Source of the DNA: an uncultured Alphaproteobacteria bacterium
GTDB taxonomy: Bacteria > Pseudomonadota > Alphaproteobacteria > HIMB59 > GCA-002718135
Assembly: GCA_902522015.1 (NCBI GenBank)
Contig: CABYTX010000002.1
Coordinates: 716-64,715 of the forward strand
DNA length: 64,000 bases
Direction: 5' to 3'
Both the position numbers and the translations under genes were made by a program. The notes beneath the pieces were generated by a model. It did not search any database and had not been told where the DNA came from. It saw only the letters and a list, made by a program, of their open reading frames with translations. How positions within the stretch are numbered: the first letter of the stretch is position 1; each line of letters begins with the position of its first letter. Below, one piece after another: positions 36,085 to 45,880 of the stretch.

Positions 36085-38733
36085 TTGATGATTAATTTTA
36101 GGACCCTTAAAGTCAAAGGCTTTAAGTCTTTTGTTGAACCCACAGAAATTTTGATTGAAAATGGCTTAACAGGTATTGTTGGTCCAAACGGATGTGGTAA
36201 ATCTAATCTTGTAGAGGCTTTTAGGTTTGTTATGGGTGAACTTTCTCCAAAACAAATGAGAGGAAGTGAATTAGACGATGTTATCTTTAATGGAACAGAT
36301 GATAGACCAGCATGGGATATTGCCGAGGTTACTATAGATTTAGATAATAAAGCAAGAAAAGCACCAAGTATTTTCAATGAAAATGATACTATTGAAGTCA
36401 CTAGAAGAATTTGGCGAGGTGAAGGCTCAGAATATAGAGTTAATGGCAAGGAGGTGCGTTTAAAGGATGTGCAATTGCTATTTGCTGATGCAGCAACAGG
36501 TGCTCGTTCAACATCGATGGTTAGTCAAGGTAGAGTTGGTGCTATTATCGCTGCTAAGCCAGAGCATAGAAGAACATTACTTGAAGAAGCTGCGGGAATT
36601 ACAGGTCTGCATTCAAGGCGACATGAAGCTGAATTGCGATTAAATGCGACTGAAAATAATTTAGAGCGTGTTAAGGACGTATTAAAAGCACAAGATGAAC
36701 AATTAACAATATTAAAGAAACAATCTAAACAAGCCGAAAGATATAAGTACATCCAAAAAGATATTACTAAAGCAAGAGCAAGATTATTTTATAAGAAATG
36801 GATTGATGAAAAAGATAAATTAAAAAATGCTAATGAAAAAATTCAATCTGAAACAAATGTAGTAAATGATCAAACACAGGTTGTAGCAAAAATAAATATC
36901 GAATTTGAAAAAGTTCAAGAAAGTCTTCCAAACCTTAGACTCCAAGAAAGTAAGGTTGCAGCTGAACTACAAAAATATTCAATTAGTTTAGAAAATCAAG
37001 AAAAAGAAATTGAAAGAGCAAATATTGCAGTAGACGAAACAAAAGTCCGTATAGAGCAAATTAAAAATGATATTGATAGAGAAAAATTTTTATATGAAGA
37101 TGCAAAACAAAATCTTGAAAGAGTACAAGAAGAAAAATCAATACTTTTAAAACAACAAGGTGATCTTTTTATTCAAAATGATGATGATCAAAATAATGAA
37201 AATGTTTCTAATAAAAAAAATAATAACCCAATAATTGATTATCTAGATTTTGAAGATGGTCTTGAACAAGCAATTGCTGCAGTTTTTTCAGATGAATTAA
37301 TTGCATCTATTGATGAAGAACAAAGCATTTTTTGGAGAAAATTAGATGTGGAAGATTCTTCCTTTAACTCAGAAATTACAAAATTTTCTTCTCTAATCAA
37401 AGCACCAGATAATTTGAAAAAGAAATTAGAATTTGTTGGATTAATAGAAAATAAGGAAAATATTTTAGAAATTCAAAAAACCTTAAAGCCAGGACAAATA
37501 TTAGTCAGCAAACTAGGAGAAATTTGGAGATGGGATGGCTATGTATCCAGAGGTAAACAAAATAATTCTACTAAAGCCATATTGGAGCAATTAAAAAATA
37601 GAAGAATAAAGCAATTAAGTGCTGAAGAAAAACAATGGAATGATATTTCTTCAAAAGCAAATCAAAGAATAGAAGAGTTAAATTCAAGGCAAAATACATT
37701 AATTAGTGAATTATCTAATCTCCAATCCGTTCCTGAAGATGTATCAAGTGAAAAATTAAAAATACAAAAGTTGATTGATAAGAATAAGAGTTCTTATGAG
37801 CAAATAGCTGAGCAGCTTCGTCAAACTGAACAGAATTCTAATGAGATCAATAAGAAATTAAAACTAGAAGAGATTAAATTAAATGAACTAAGGGAAGAGA
37901 GAATTAGGACTGAGGGTCAAATTAATACAATTAATGAAGCAATTAAATTATTAGCTACTCAAGTAAAAGAACGACTTAGTGTAGAACTTGAAGAACTTTA
38001 TAATATTGGAGAAATCGATCCAAATAAAGTTTTAGGTGAGACTAGTGGTTTAGAAAAAAAATTAGAAAGACTAATTGCTGAGCAAGAACGTTTAGGTGGT
38101 GTTAATCTTCTTGCAGAACAAGAATCCAAAGATTTAGAAGAAAAAGTAAATACGATAAAGAAAGATCAAAGTGACCTTTTAAGCGCAATTGCAAAACTAA
38201 GAGAAGCAATTGATTCACTTAATACAGAAGGTAGACAACGTTTACTTGCTGCATATGGAATAGTGAATGAAAATTTTCAAAAATTATTTACTAGGTTGTT
38301 TGGTGGTGGCAAGGCTTATCTGAAGTTTACAGATGAATCAGATCCTCTTCAAGCTGGTTTAGAAATATTTGCTAGTCCTCCTGGAAAAAAATTACAAAAT
38401 CTAAACTTACTTTCTGGTGGTGAGCAAGCTCTTACAGCATTATCATTATTATTTGCTGTATTTTTATCAAACCCAGCTCCAATTTGTGTACTCGATGAGG
38501 TTGACGCTCCATTAGATGATACTAATGTTGATAGATTTTGTTCATTAGTGGAGGAAATAGCTAAAACTTCTTCAACAAAATTCTTAGTAATAACTCACCA
38601 TAGAATGACAATGGCAAGAGTAAATAGATTATTTGGTGTTACTATGCCTGAGAAAGGTGTATCACAATTAGTTTCCGTTGATCTTGAAAAAGCAATTGAG
38701 ATAAAAGAACAAGACGCTACAAATGAATTATAA
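36085..38733 (+). CDS. smc: Chromosome segregation protein SMC (compact, ~881 aa)
   Basis: N-terminal head FKSF..GIVGPNGCGKSNLVEA. Long heptad-rich arms. Hinge-like segment YLDFEDGLEQAIAAVFSDELIASID. C-terminal head LSGGEQALTALSLLFA and ICVLDEVDAPLDD. The likely start is the ATG at 36088. Confidence 0.85.
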   Translation: MMINFRTLKVKGFKSFVEPTEILIENGLTGIVGPNGCGKSNLVEAFRFVMGELSPKQMRGSELDDVIFNGTDDRPAWDIAEVTIDLDNKARKAPSIFNENDTIEVTRRIWRGEGSEYRVNGKEVRLKDVQLLFADAATGARSTSMVSQGRVGAIIAAKPEHRRTLLEEAAGITGLHSRRHEAELRLNATENNLERVKDVLKAQDEQLTILKKQSKQAERYKYIQKDITKARARLFYKKWIDEKDKLKNANEKIQSETNVVNDQTQVVAKINIEFEKVQESLPNLRLQESKVAAELQKYSISLENQEKEIERANIAVDETKVRIEQIKNDIDREKFLYEDAKQNLERVQEEKSILLKQQGDLFIQNDDDQNNENVSNKKNNNPIIDYLDFEDGLEQAIAAVFSDELIASIDEEQSIFWRKLDVEDSSFNSEITKFSSLIKAPDNLKKKLEFVGLIENKENILEIQKTLKPGQILVSKLGEIWRWDGYVSRGKQNNSTKAILEQLKNRRIKQLSAEEKQWNDISSKANQRIEELNSRQNTLISELSNLQSVPEDVSSEKLKIQKLIDKNKSSYEQIAEQLRQTEQNSNEINKKLKLEEIKLNELREERIRTEGQINTINEAIKLLATQVKERLSVELEELYNIGEIDPNKVLGETSGLEKKLERLIAEQERLGGVNLLAEQESKDLEEKVNTIKKDQSDLLSAIAKLREAIDSLNTEGRQRLLAAYGIVNENFQKLFTRLFGGGKAYLKFTDESDPLQAGLEIFASPPGKKLQNLNLLSGGEQALTALSLLFAVFLSNPAPICVLDEVDAPLDDTNVDRFCSLVEEIAKTSSTKFLVITHHRMTMARVNRLFGVTMPEKGVSQLVSVDLEKAIEIKEQDATNEL

Positions 38734-39010
38734 AAATAAAAATTTAGAAGAATTAGGTAAAAAAATTGATGATTTAGATAATCAAAACAAAGAACCTAAT
38801 ATTAAAAAAAAAGAAAGTGGTGCAGGATTTGGTTTTAAAATTAGTACAGAAATTATAGCTGCACTAGTTGTTGGAGTTGGAATTGGGCTTATTGTGGATA
38901 ATTACTTTAATACTAAACCATTAGGCTTAATTATTTTCTTCATATTTGGCGCATTAGCTGGATTTTTGAACGTTTATCGTGTAATGCGTCGCATTGTAAA
39001 GCAAAGATAA
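38723..39010 (+). CDS. atpI: ATP synthase protein I (AtpI/AtpZ-like small membrane protein)
   Basis: 95 aa with two hydrophobic helices, placed immediately upstream of atpB. Its start lies 11 nt inside smc. Confidence 0.65.
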   Translation: MNYKNKNLEELGKKIDDLDNQNKEPNIKKKESGAGFGFKISTEIIAALVVGVGIGLIVDNYFNTKPLGLIIFFIFGALAGFLNVYRVMRRIVKQR

Positions 39011-39031
39011 TTTTAATATTCAATATCAATT

Positions 39032-39766
39032 ATGGCCGCAAAAGATAGTCCTCTTAAACAGTTCGAGATAGATCCAATATCTAATATTGAATTTGGTGGT
39101 TATAACATTTCTTTCACAAACTCATCTTTTGCAATGCTAATTACTGTTTTAGTGATTACTCTATTTTTAACTTTAACAGTAAACACCAGATCAATTATCC
39201 CTTCTAGGATGCAGCTTATCTCAGAGCTGATGTATAATTTTATTGCTCAGTTACTCTCAGATACAGTTGGTGATAATGGTAAAAGATATTTCCCATTTGT
39301 TTTCTCTTTATTCATGTTTGTACTAATTGGAAATATGGTTGGAATGGTACCATATCAATTTACTTTCACGAGTCATATTATTGTTACATTTGCATTAGCA
39401 GCAGTTGTATTTATTGGCGTAACTATTCTTGGATTTATTAACCATGGCATTAAATTTTTTACTTTCTTCTATATACCAGGTGTGCCGTTTTACATGCATC
39501 CACTGCTTATTCCCATTGAGGTAATTTCTTATTTATCAAGACCTATAAGTTTATCAGTTAGATTATTTGCAAACATGCTGGCCGGTCACACACTACTAAA
39601 AGTATTTGCTGGCTTTGTAGTTTCCATGCCTTTTTTTACAGGAGTTTTTCCTTTAGCTTTCATTGTAGCTTTAACAGGATTAGAAATTTTAATTGCTTTT
39701 TTGCAAGCATATGTGTTTGCAATACTGACGTGTTTATATATTAACGATGCTTATCATTTACATTAA
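39032..39766 (+). CDS. atpB: F0F1 ATP synthase subunit a
   Basis: 244 aa, polytopic, with the conserved LSVRLFANMLAGH motif. Confidence 0.92.
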   Translation: MAAKDSPLKQFEIDPISNIEFGGYNISFTNSSFAMLITVLVITLFLTLTVNTRSIIPSRMQLISELMYNFIAQLLSDTVGDNGKRYFPFVFSLFMFVLIGNMVGMVPYQFTFTSHIIVTFALAAVVFIGVTILGFINHGIKFFTFFYIPGVPFYMHPLLIPIEVISYLSRPISLSVRLFANMLAGHTLLKVFAGFVVSMPFFTGVFPLAFIVALTGLEILIAFLQAYVFAILTCLYINDAYHLH

Positions 39767-39784
39767 TTTAAAATAGGAGGACTT

Positions 39785-40009
39785 ATGGAAATTGAAGCAG
39801 CAAAAGTAATCGGAGCGGGTTTAGCCGTTATCGGTGTTATTGGATCAGGTATTGGAATTGGGAATATTTTCTCATCTTTTATTCAAGCAGTTGGAAGAAA
39901 TCCGGCAGCAAGAGGTGAAGTTTTTACAATGACAATGTTAGGTTTCGCACTAGTTGAAGCGATTGCACTTTTCGCGCTAGTTATTGCGTTAGTTATTTTG
40001 TTTGGATAG
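39785..40009 (+). CDS. atpE: F0F1 ATP synthase subunit c
   Basis: 74 aa helical hairpin with the GRNP loop and the carboxylate in FALVEAIALF. A strong RBS (AGGAGGA) lies upstream. Confidence 0.92.
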   Translation: MEIEAAKVIGAGLAVIGVIGSGIGIGNIFSSFIQAVGRNPAARGEVFTMTMLGFALVEAIALFALVIALVILFG

Positions 40010-40026
40010 AACTCAATAATTAATTA

Positions 40027-40518
40027 ATGCCTCAATTAAATCCAGAGTTTTTTGTTTCACAGCTCTTTTGGTTAGCTGTATTTTTTACTTTTCTATTTGT
40101 ATTTTTATGGAGGGTATCACTTCCAAGAATAGCTACAGTTTTAGAGAAAAGACAAAATAAAATAGATGAAAATTTATCTTCAGCAAAAGAGCTCCAAGAA
40201 CAGGCAATGGAAATTGAAAAAAAAATTAATGATCAAATCAATAAGGCTAAACTAGAAACAGATGAGAAAATTAAAGAAACAATCAATGCTTTACAAGAAG
40301 ATGTTTCTTCTCAACTTTCTTCACTTGATAAAGATTTAGAAAAAAAAGTGTCTGATGCAGAAAAAGAAATTTTAAAAAGTAAAGATGATCAAATGAAAAA
40401 TATTAACAATGAAATAGTTAATATTACAAAACTGACTGTTGGAAAAATTACAGATATTGAATTATCTGACAATGAACTTAATAAAGTTATTGAAACACAA
40501 AAAGGTAGTTTTAACTAA
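40027..40518 (+). CDS. atpF2: F0F1 ATP synthase subunit b'
   Basis: 163 aa with one N-terminal TM helix and a long charged coiled coil. It is the first of two tandem b-type genes, as in alphaproteobacteria. Confidence 0.8.
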   Translation: MPQLNPEFFVSQLFWLAVFFTFLFVFLWRVSLPRIATVLEKRQNKIDENLSSAKELQEQAMEIEKKINDQINKAKLETDEKIKETINALQEDVSSQLSSLDKDLEKKVSDAEKEILKSKDDQMKNINNEIVNITKLTVGKITDIELSDNELNKVIETQKGSFN

Positions 40519-41003
40519 TGTTTTCTGATCCTCAATTTTGGGTAGCGATATCTTTTATATTATTTATTGCAGCTATTTTTAATCCAGTACGAAAAATTCT
40601 TACATCTAGTTTAGATGCACAAATAAAAGATATAAAAAATAAAATAGATGAAGTTGAGAATTTAAAAAACGAGGCTCAAAAAGCTTTGGATGAACTTAGG
40701 GAGAGAGAATCTAAAGTAGAGAAAGAAATACAAAATCTAAAGTTAGAATCTGAGAAAAGAATTGCTGAATTGAAAGATATATCCTCCACTAAATTAACTG
40801 ATCAAATTGAAAAAAGAAAAATATTGGCAGAAAACAAAATTGAACAATTAGTTCGAGATACTAATAACTCTATCAAAAGTTATATTTCAAGTGTTGCAAT
40901 AGAGGCTACTAGAAATATTCTTCTTCAAAATCTAAGTAAGGATAAAAAATCTGCTTTAATTGAAGAGTCAATTACCGAATTTAACTCTGTTCTAAAGAAC
41001 TAG
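40518..41003 (+). CDS. atpF: F0F1 ATP synthase subunit b
   Basis: 161 aa with an N-terminal TM helix and a charged coiled coil. Overlaps the previous gene by 1 nt. Confidence 0.8.
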   Translation: MFSDPQFWVAISFILFIAAIFNPVRKILTSSLDAQIKDIKNKIDEVENLKNEAQKALDELRERESKVEKEIQNLKLESEKRIAELKDISSTKLTDQIEKRKILAENKIEQLVRDTNNSIKSYISSVAIEATRNILLQNLSKDKKSALIEESITEFNSVLKN

Positions 41004-41004
41004 T

Positions 41005-41032
41005 AGTAGATTTAATTATTCCAAAATCTACT
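41005..41032 (+). terminator. Hairpin at the end of the F0 operon
   Basis: A perfect 9-bp inverted repeat, AGTAGATTT (41005-41013) with AAATCTACT (41024-41032), around a 10-nt loop. It starts 2 nt after the atpF stop. The downstream tract is only weakly T-rich. Confidence 0.4.
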
Positions 41033-41115
41033 TACAATATTAATAATTTAATATTAAAAGATTTTCAAAATCTATAGTATTATTAAGTAATCAAAATTAA
41101 TGGTAACAAATTTGG

Positions 41116-42057
41116 ATGACAAAAAAACTTAATATATTTCTTGCAGGACCTCGAGGATTTTGTGCAGGTGTAGATAGGGCTATAGAAATGGTAAAGGGTG
41201 CTCTAAAAAAATATGGAGCGCCTGTATATGTTCGTCATGAAATAGTGCATAATAAATTTGTTGTAGAAAATCTTAAGTCAGAAGGAGCTATTTTTGTTGA
41301 AGAACTAAATGAAATTCAAGATAAAAGCAGGCCAGTTATCTTTTCTGCACATGGTGTACCTAAAGCAGTGCCAAAGGAAGCATTAAGTTTAAATTTAGTA
41401 TATTATGATGCAACGTGTCCACTTGTTAGCAAAATCCATAAAGAAGTTGAAAATTTTGATAAAAAAAATCTTCCCGTCATTTTAATTGGTCATAGAAATC
41501 ATCCTGAAGTTATTGGGACTATGGGCCAAACTGATAAAAAAATTTATTTAGTAGAAAAAGTTGAAGATGTTAAAAAATTACCTTTTAACCAAAATGATGA
41601 GATTGCATATGTTACTCAGACAACGCTATCAGTAGATGATACTAAAGATATAATAAAAGAGATAAAATTACATTTTAGTAATGTCATAGAACCAAAAAAA
41701 AATGATATTTGTTATGCAACAACAAATAGACAAGAAGCTGTTAAAAAAATAGCGAATCAATGTGATTATTTTTTAGTAATTGGTGCAAGTAACTCATCAA
41801 ATTCCCTAAGATTAGTTGAAGTAGCAAAAAATTATGGATCAAAAAAAGCTATTTTAGTAGAAGATGTAGATTCCTTAAATTTAAATATATTTCAAGAATC
41901 TGAAAATATAGGGATAACAGCAAGTGCATCATCACCAGAAGTACTTGTTAAAAAACTTCTTGATAATTTGAAAAGAAATTTTGAAATACATATAAATGAA
42001 GGATCTTACCAAAAAGAAGATGTATTTTTTAAAGTGCCACAAAAACTAAACGTATAG
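41116..42057 (+). CDS. ispH: 4-hydroxy-3-methylbut-2-enyl diphosphate reductase
   Basis: 313 aa with PRGFCAGVDRAI, HEIVHN, ATCPLV and SSNS. Confidence 0.92.
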   Translation: MTKKLNIFLAGPRGFCAGVDRAIEMVKGALKKYGAPVYVRHEIVHNKFVVENLKSEGAIFVEELNEIQDKSRPVIFSAHGVPKAVPKEALSLNLVYYDATCPLVSKIHKEVENFDKKNLPVILIGHRNHPEVIGTMGQTDKKIYLVEKVEDVKKLPFNQNDEIAYVTQTTLSVDDTKDIIKEIKLHFSNVIEPKKNDICYATTNRQEAVKKIANQCDYFLVIGASNSSNSLRLVEVAKNYGSKKAILVEDVDSLNLNIFQESENIGITASASSPEVLVKKLLDNLKRNFEIHINEGSYQKEDVFFKVPQKLNV

Positions 42058-42060
42058 AAG

Positions 42061-43011
42061 ATGGCAGTCTTTACTAAATTACTTAAAGAGGATATTGAAA
42101 ACTTTATTTCTGAGTACTCAATTGGAAATTTAGATAGTTTTGAAGAAATTGTAGATGGGATAGAGAACTCAAATTTTAAAATTTTTTGTAATAATCAACC
42201 ATATATCTTAACAATTTTTGAAAAAAGAGTAACTGAGCAAGAATTACCCTTTTTTATAAATTTAAAAAACTTTTTAAATAAAAATAATTTTAAATGTCCA
42301 AAAGCTATCTCAGATAAAAATGGAAAAATTTTAAAAAGAATAAAAAATAAAACAGCTGTTATAATATCTTTTCTGGAAGGTAAAAGTATTGAAAAACCTA
42401 ACTCTGAAATGTGTAGAGAAGTTGGAAAAATGGTTGCTGATTTACACAATCTTACCATAAATTTTGATGAAAAAAGAACTAACAGTTTAGATCTACAAGA
42501 TTGGAAAGAAATTTACAAAAAGTGCCTTAATAACAAATCCGAAAAGTTTAATGAAACAATGTATTTGTTAAAAAATGAAATAGACTATTTAGAAAATTAT
42601 TGGCCAGCAAATATTCCTAGTGGTGTCATACATGCTGATTTGTTTAGAGATAATATTTTTTTTAAAGATGAAAAGATTTCTGGAGTAATAGATTTCTATT
42701 TTGCATGTTATTATTTTTATATTTACGATTTAGCCATAATTATTAATGATTGGTGCTTTAGTGAAAATGGACAATACTTTAACAAAGAGAACTGCATGAT
42801 AATTCTTGGGGAATATCAAAAATTCAGAGAATTAAATGATATTGAGAAGAAATCGTTAAATATTTTATTAAGAGCTGCTGCTGTTAGAATATTATGTACG
42901 AGAGTGCACGATTATATTTTTCATCCGCCTGATGCAGTAGTTGTAAAAAAAGATCCATTTGAATATTTGAATATTTTAAAATGGCATCAAAAAAATGATA
43001 TTTTTGAATAA
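42061..43011 (+). CDS. thrB: Homoserine kinase (APH-fold, alphaproteobacterial ThrB type)
   Basis: 316 aa with MAVFTKL, GIENSNF, ILTIFEKR and the catalytic region VIHADLFRDNIFF. Confidence 0.85.
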   Translation: MAVFTKLLKEDIENFISEYSIGNLDSFEEIVDGIENSNFKIFCNNQPYILTIFEKRVTEQELPFFINLKNFLNKNNFKCPKAISDKNGKILKRIKNKTAVIISFLEGKSIEKPNSEMCREVGKMVADLHNLTINFDEKRTNSLDLQDWKEIYKKCLNNKSEKFNETMYLLKNEIDYLENYWPANIPSGVIHADLFRDNIFFKDEKISGVIDFYFACYYFYIYDLAIIINDWCFSENGQYFNKENCMIILGEYQKFRELNDIEKKSLNILLRAAAVRILCTRVHDYIFHPPDAVVVKKDPFEYLNILKWHQKNDIFE

Positions 43012-43439
43012 TGATTAATATTTATACAGATGGTGCATGTTCTGGGAATCCTGGTGTAGGTGGATGGGGTGTTGTTATAATAGATAATAATAAAGAAATT
43101 TTATTAAATGGTGGTGATCAACACACAACTAATAATAAAATGGAACTTACAGCTGCGATAAAAGCACTGGAATATTTTGAGATAAAAAAAGAATTAATCA
43201 TTTATACCGATAGCAAATATGTAAAGGATGGTATTGAATCATGGATTACAAATTGGAAAAAAAATGGATGGAAAACTTCAACAAAAAAAATAGTGAAAAA
43301 TAAAGAATTATGGATGCAATTAGATAATCTAATAGACAAACATAGTATAACATGGAAGTGGGTTAAGGGTCATGCAGGTTTTGAATTTAATGAAAAAGCT
43401 GATGAACTAGCAAGGAAATATATTGAAGGTAATATTTAG
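43011..43439 (+). CDS. rnhA: Ribonuclease HI
   Basis: 142 aa with IYTDGACSGNPGVGGWG, TNNKMEL, TDSKYV, KGHAG and NEKADELA. Confidence 0.92.
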   Translation: MINIYTDGACSGNPGVGGWGVVIIDNNKEILLNGGDQHTTNNKMELTAAIKALEYFEIKKELIIYTDSKYVKDGIESWITNWKKNGWKTSTKKIVKNKELWMQLDNLIDKHSITWKWVKGHAGFEFNEKADELARKYIEGNI

Positions 43440-43986
43440 TTTATTTTTTATTTTTCTTTATTGTAAACAGACTGTTGCAAATGATTTATGGACTATAGAT
43501 AAAGATATTTCTAGCATAGAATTTGAAGTTCCAGTTTTGTTTACAAAAAATGTTACTGGTAAATTTAATACATTTGATGGTTTTGTTTCCTTGGATTTGT
43601 CTAATGAAAATAATAACAAAGCATTAATAAATGTTAGTATTGATAGTTTAGATTTAAATTATAAACGATATAAAGATTTAGTACTGAGTGAGATTTTCTT
43701 TGATTCTAAAAAATTTCCATTCGGTGTTATTGATACCAATAATTTTAAATTTAACTATGAAGATAATAATATTATTTTAACAGGTGAATTAACAATAAAA
43801 GGTAAAAGTCAAAAAATCCCTATTGATATTGAGATTATAAAACTAGCTAATGAGTTGGTTCAGGTAAAAAGTGAAATATCTTTTTCCAGAAATGACTTTG
43901 AAATTGGGACTGGTAATTGGAAAAACACAACAATTCTTAAAGACAAAATAAATATAAGGGCAAATATTTTTCTTTTTAAAGAATAA
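43423..43986 (+). CDS. YceI-family periplasmic protein
   Basis: 187 aa with a TTG start, a signal peptide and the YceI pattern (SSIEFEVPVLFTKNVTGKFNTFDGFVSLD ... LTIKGKSQKI). Confidence 0.7.
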   Translation: MKVIFSLFFIFLYCKQTVANDLWTIDKDISSIEFEVPVLFTKNVTGKFNTFDGFVSLDLSNENNNKALINVSIDSLDLNYKRYKDLVLSEIFFDSKKFPFGVIDTNNFKFNYEDNNIILTGELTIKGKSQKIPIDIEIIKLANELVQVKSEISFSRNDFEIGTGNWKNTTILKDKINIRANIFLFKE

Positions 43987-43991
43987 TTATC

Positions 43992-44756
43992 TTATCTAAG
44001 AGTATATCCTCCATCTATAACTAATACTTCACCTGTAATGTAACTTGAAGCAGGGCTGCATAAAAAAAGTGCTGCAGATGCAATTTCACTTGGTTTACCC
44101 ATTCTTTTGAGTGGTGTCATACTTTTCCAAGTTTCATACCAATGTTCGTTTTCTTTAGTTAGCTTTGTCATTTCTGTATCAATGTAACCTGGGGCAATAG
44201 CATTCACACGAATATTATTTTCTGCAAAATCACTTGCTAAACTTTTTGTTAACATATGTACAGCTGCTTTTGATGCATTATAAGCCACTTGAGGTTGAGG
44301 AATATTTGATACTAATCCAGATATCGAACCTATATTTAAAATCACTCCTTCACCTTGTTTTTTCATTTGTGGTAAAACTGAACGACACATTCTAAAAACA
44401 GAATCAACATTTGTATTCATTATTTTATCTAATAATTCATCATCAAATTCTTCCATAGTTCCGTGTTGAGCAACACCAGCATTATTAACTAAGATATCAA
44501 TTGAATTATATTTTTCTAATACAAAATTTATAATTTTTTGAGGTTCATTTGGTTTAGTAATATCACCCTGTAAAAAGGAAACATCATAATTTGCTTCTTT
44601 TAAACTTTTTAAACCATCATATTTATCGGTTCTACTAGTGACAATTATTTTTGCTCCAGCTTCTCCAAGAGCATGAGCTATAGATAGACCAATTCCTCTT
44701 GTTCCACCTGTTACAATAGCAACTTTATTAGTTAACTTAAATTGATCAATAATCAT
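43992..44756 (-). CDS. SDR-family oxidoreductase (sorbose/L-xylulose-reductase-like)
   Basis: 254 aa with TGGTRGIG, NNAG and the catalytic YNASKAA. Confidence 0.85.
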   Translation of the reverse strand: MIIDQFKLTNKVAIVTGGTRGIGLSIAHALGEAGAKIIVTSRTDKYDGLKSLKEANYDVSFLQGDITKPNEPQKIINFVLEKYNSIDILVNNAGVAQHGTMEEFDDELLDKIMNTNVDSVFRMCRSVLPQMKKQGEGVILNIGSISGLVSNIPQPQVAYNASKAAVHMLTKSLASDFAENNIRVNAIAPGYIDTEMTKLTKENEHWYETWKSMTPLKRMGKPSEIASAALFLCSPASSYITGEVLVIDGGYTLR

Positions 44757-44842
44757 TAATACTTACAATATGTTAACAAAATAGAAATTTCATCAAAAAT
44801 TATAATAATTTATATTTAAAAATATGTTATTTATTAACAGTC

Positions 44843-45880
44843 ATGAAAGCATTAGTTTTAGAAAAAAAACTTGAATTAAATTTAAGAGATATTGAACTAC
44901 CAAATAAGGTTGACTTGAATGACGTAAAAATCAAAATGCATACTGTTGGAATATGTGGATCAGATATTCACTATTATGAACATGGAAAGATTGGGCAATG
45001 GAATGTCAATGCTCCAATGGTTTTGGGTCACGAAGGCTCAGGTACAATTATTGAAGTAGGTGCTGATGAAAAAAATTTGAAGGTTGGTGACAGAGTTTGT
45101 ATTGAACCACAGATAGTTAGTAAAACTACAAAAGAATATAAACTTGGTATCTACAATTATGATCAAGAAGTAAAATTTTGGGCTACACCACCTATTCATG
45201 GTTGTTTAACACCTGAAGTTATTTTTCCAAGTGATATGGTTTTTAAATTACCAGATAATCTGTCGTATGCCGAAGGAGCAATGGTTGAGCCTTTGGCAGT
45301 AGGTATGCAAGGTGTGACGAAAGCCAAAATAAAACCTGGTCAAATTGGTTTAGTGATGGGATGTGGACCAATTGGTTTGGTTACAGCTCTTGCAGCGTTG
45401 GCTGGTGGATGTGCAAAAGTTTATATAGCAGATATTTTAAGTGAAAAATTAAAAATGTGTGATTATTACCCAGATCTTATTCCTATAGATTTATCAAAAG
45501 AAAATTTAGAAACAAGAATTATGAATGAAACTAAAGGATGGGGAGTTGATAGGTTTTTTGAATGCAGTGGAGCAGTAAAAGCATATGAGGCTATTTTTAC
45601 CTGCTGCTCACCTGGGGCGCATGTTGTTTTAATTGGAAATAATGCTGAGCCAGTTCCTATGAACTGGGCAGTACTATTTGCAAAAGGTCTTGAATTTCAA
45701 ACTGTGCATAGATATTCACATCAATATGAACCATCAATAAGGTTACTAGAGCGTGGAAAAATTGATGTCAAACCAATGATTACACATACCTTTAAATTTG
45801 AAGAAAGTGTTGAAGCATTTATAAGAGCCGCAGAACATAGGCCTACTGATGTAAAACTTCAAATTAAAATTGATGAATAA
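44843..45880 (+). CDS. Zn-dependent polyol dehydrogenase (sorbitol / L-idonate dehydrogenase-like MDR)
   Basis: 345 aa with GICGSDIHYY, GHEGSG and GCGPIGL. Confidence 0.8.
   Translation: MKALVLEKKLELNLRDIELPNKVDLNDVKIKMHTVGICGSDIHYYEHGKIGQWNVNAPMVLGHEGSGTIIEVGADEKNLKVGDRVCIEPQIVSKTTKEYKLGIYNYDQEVKFWATPPIHGCLTPEVIFPSDMVFKLPDNLSYAEGAMVEPLAVGMQGVTKAKIKPGQIGLVMGCGPIGLVTALAALAGGCAKVYIADILSEKLKMCDYYPDLIPIDLSKENLETRIMNETKGWGVDRFFECSGAVKAYEAIFTCCSPGAHVVLIGNNAEPVPMNWAVLFAKGLEFQTVHRYSHQYEPSIRLLERGKIDVKPMITHTFKFEESVEAFIRAAEHRPTDVKLQIKIDE

Noticed and set aside
35940-36449. 169-aa minus-strand ORF spanning the dsbA/smc junction
   Set aside because: It is antisense to two strongly supported genes, including the SMC Walker A region, and has no motifs of its own.
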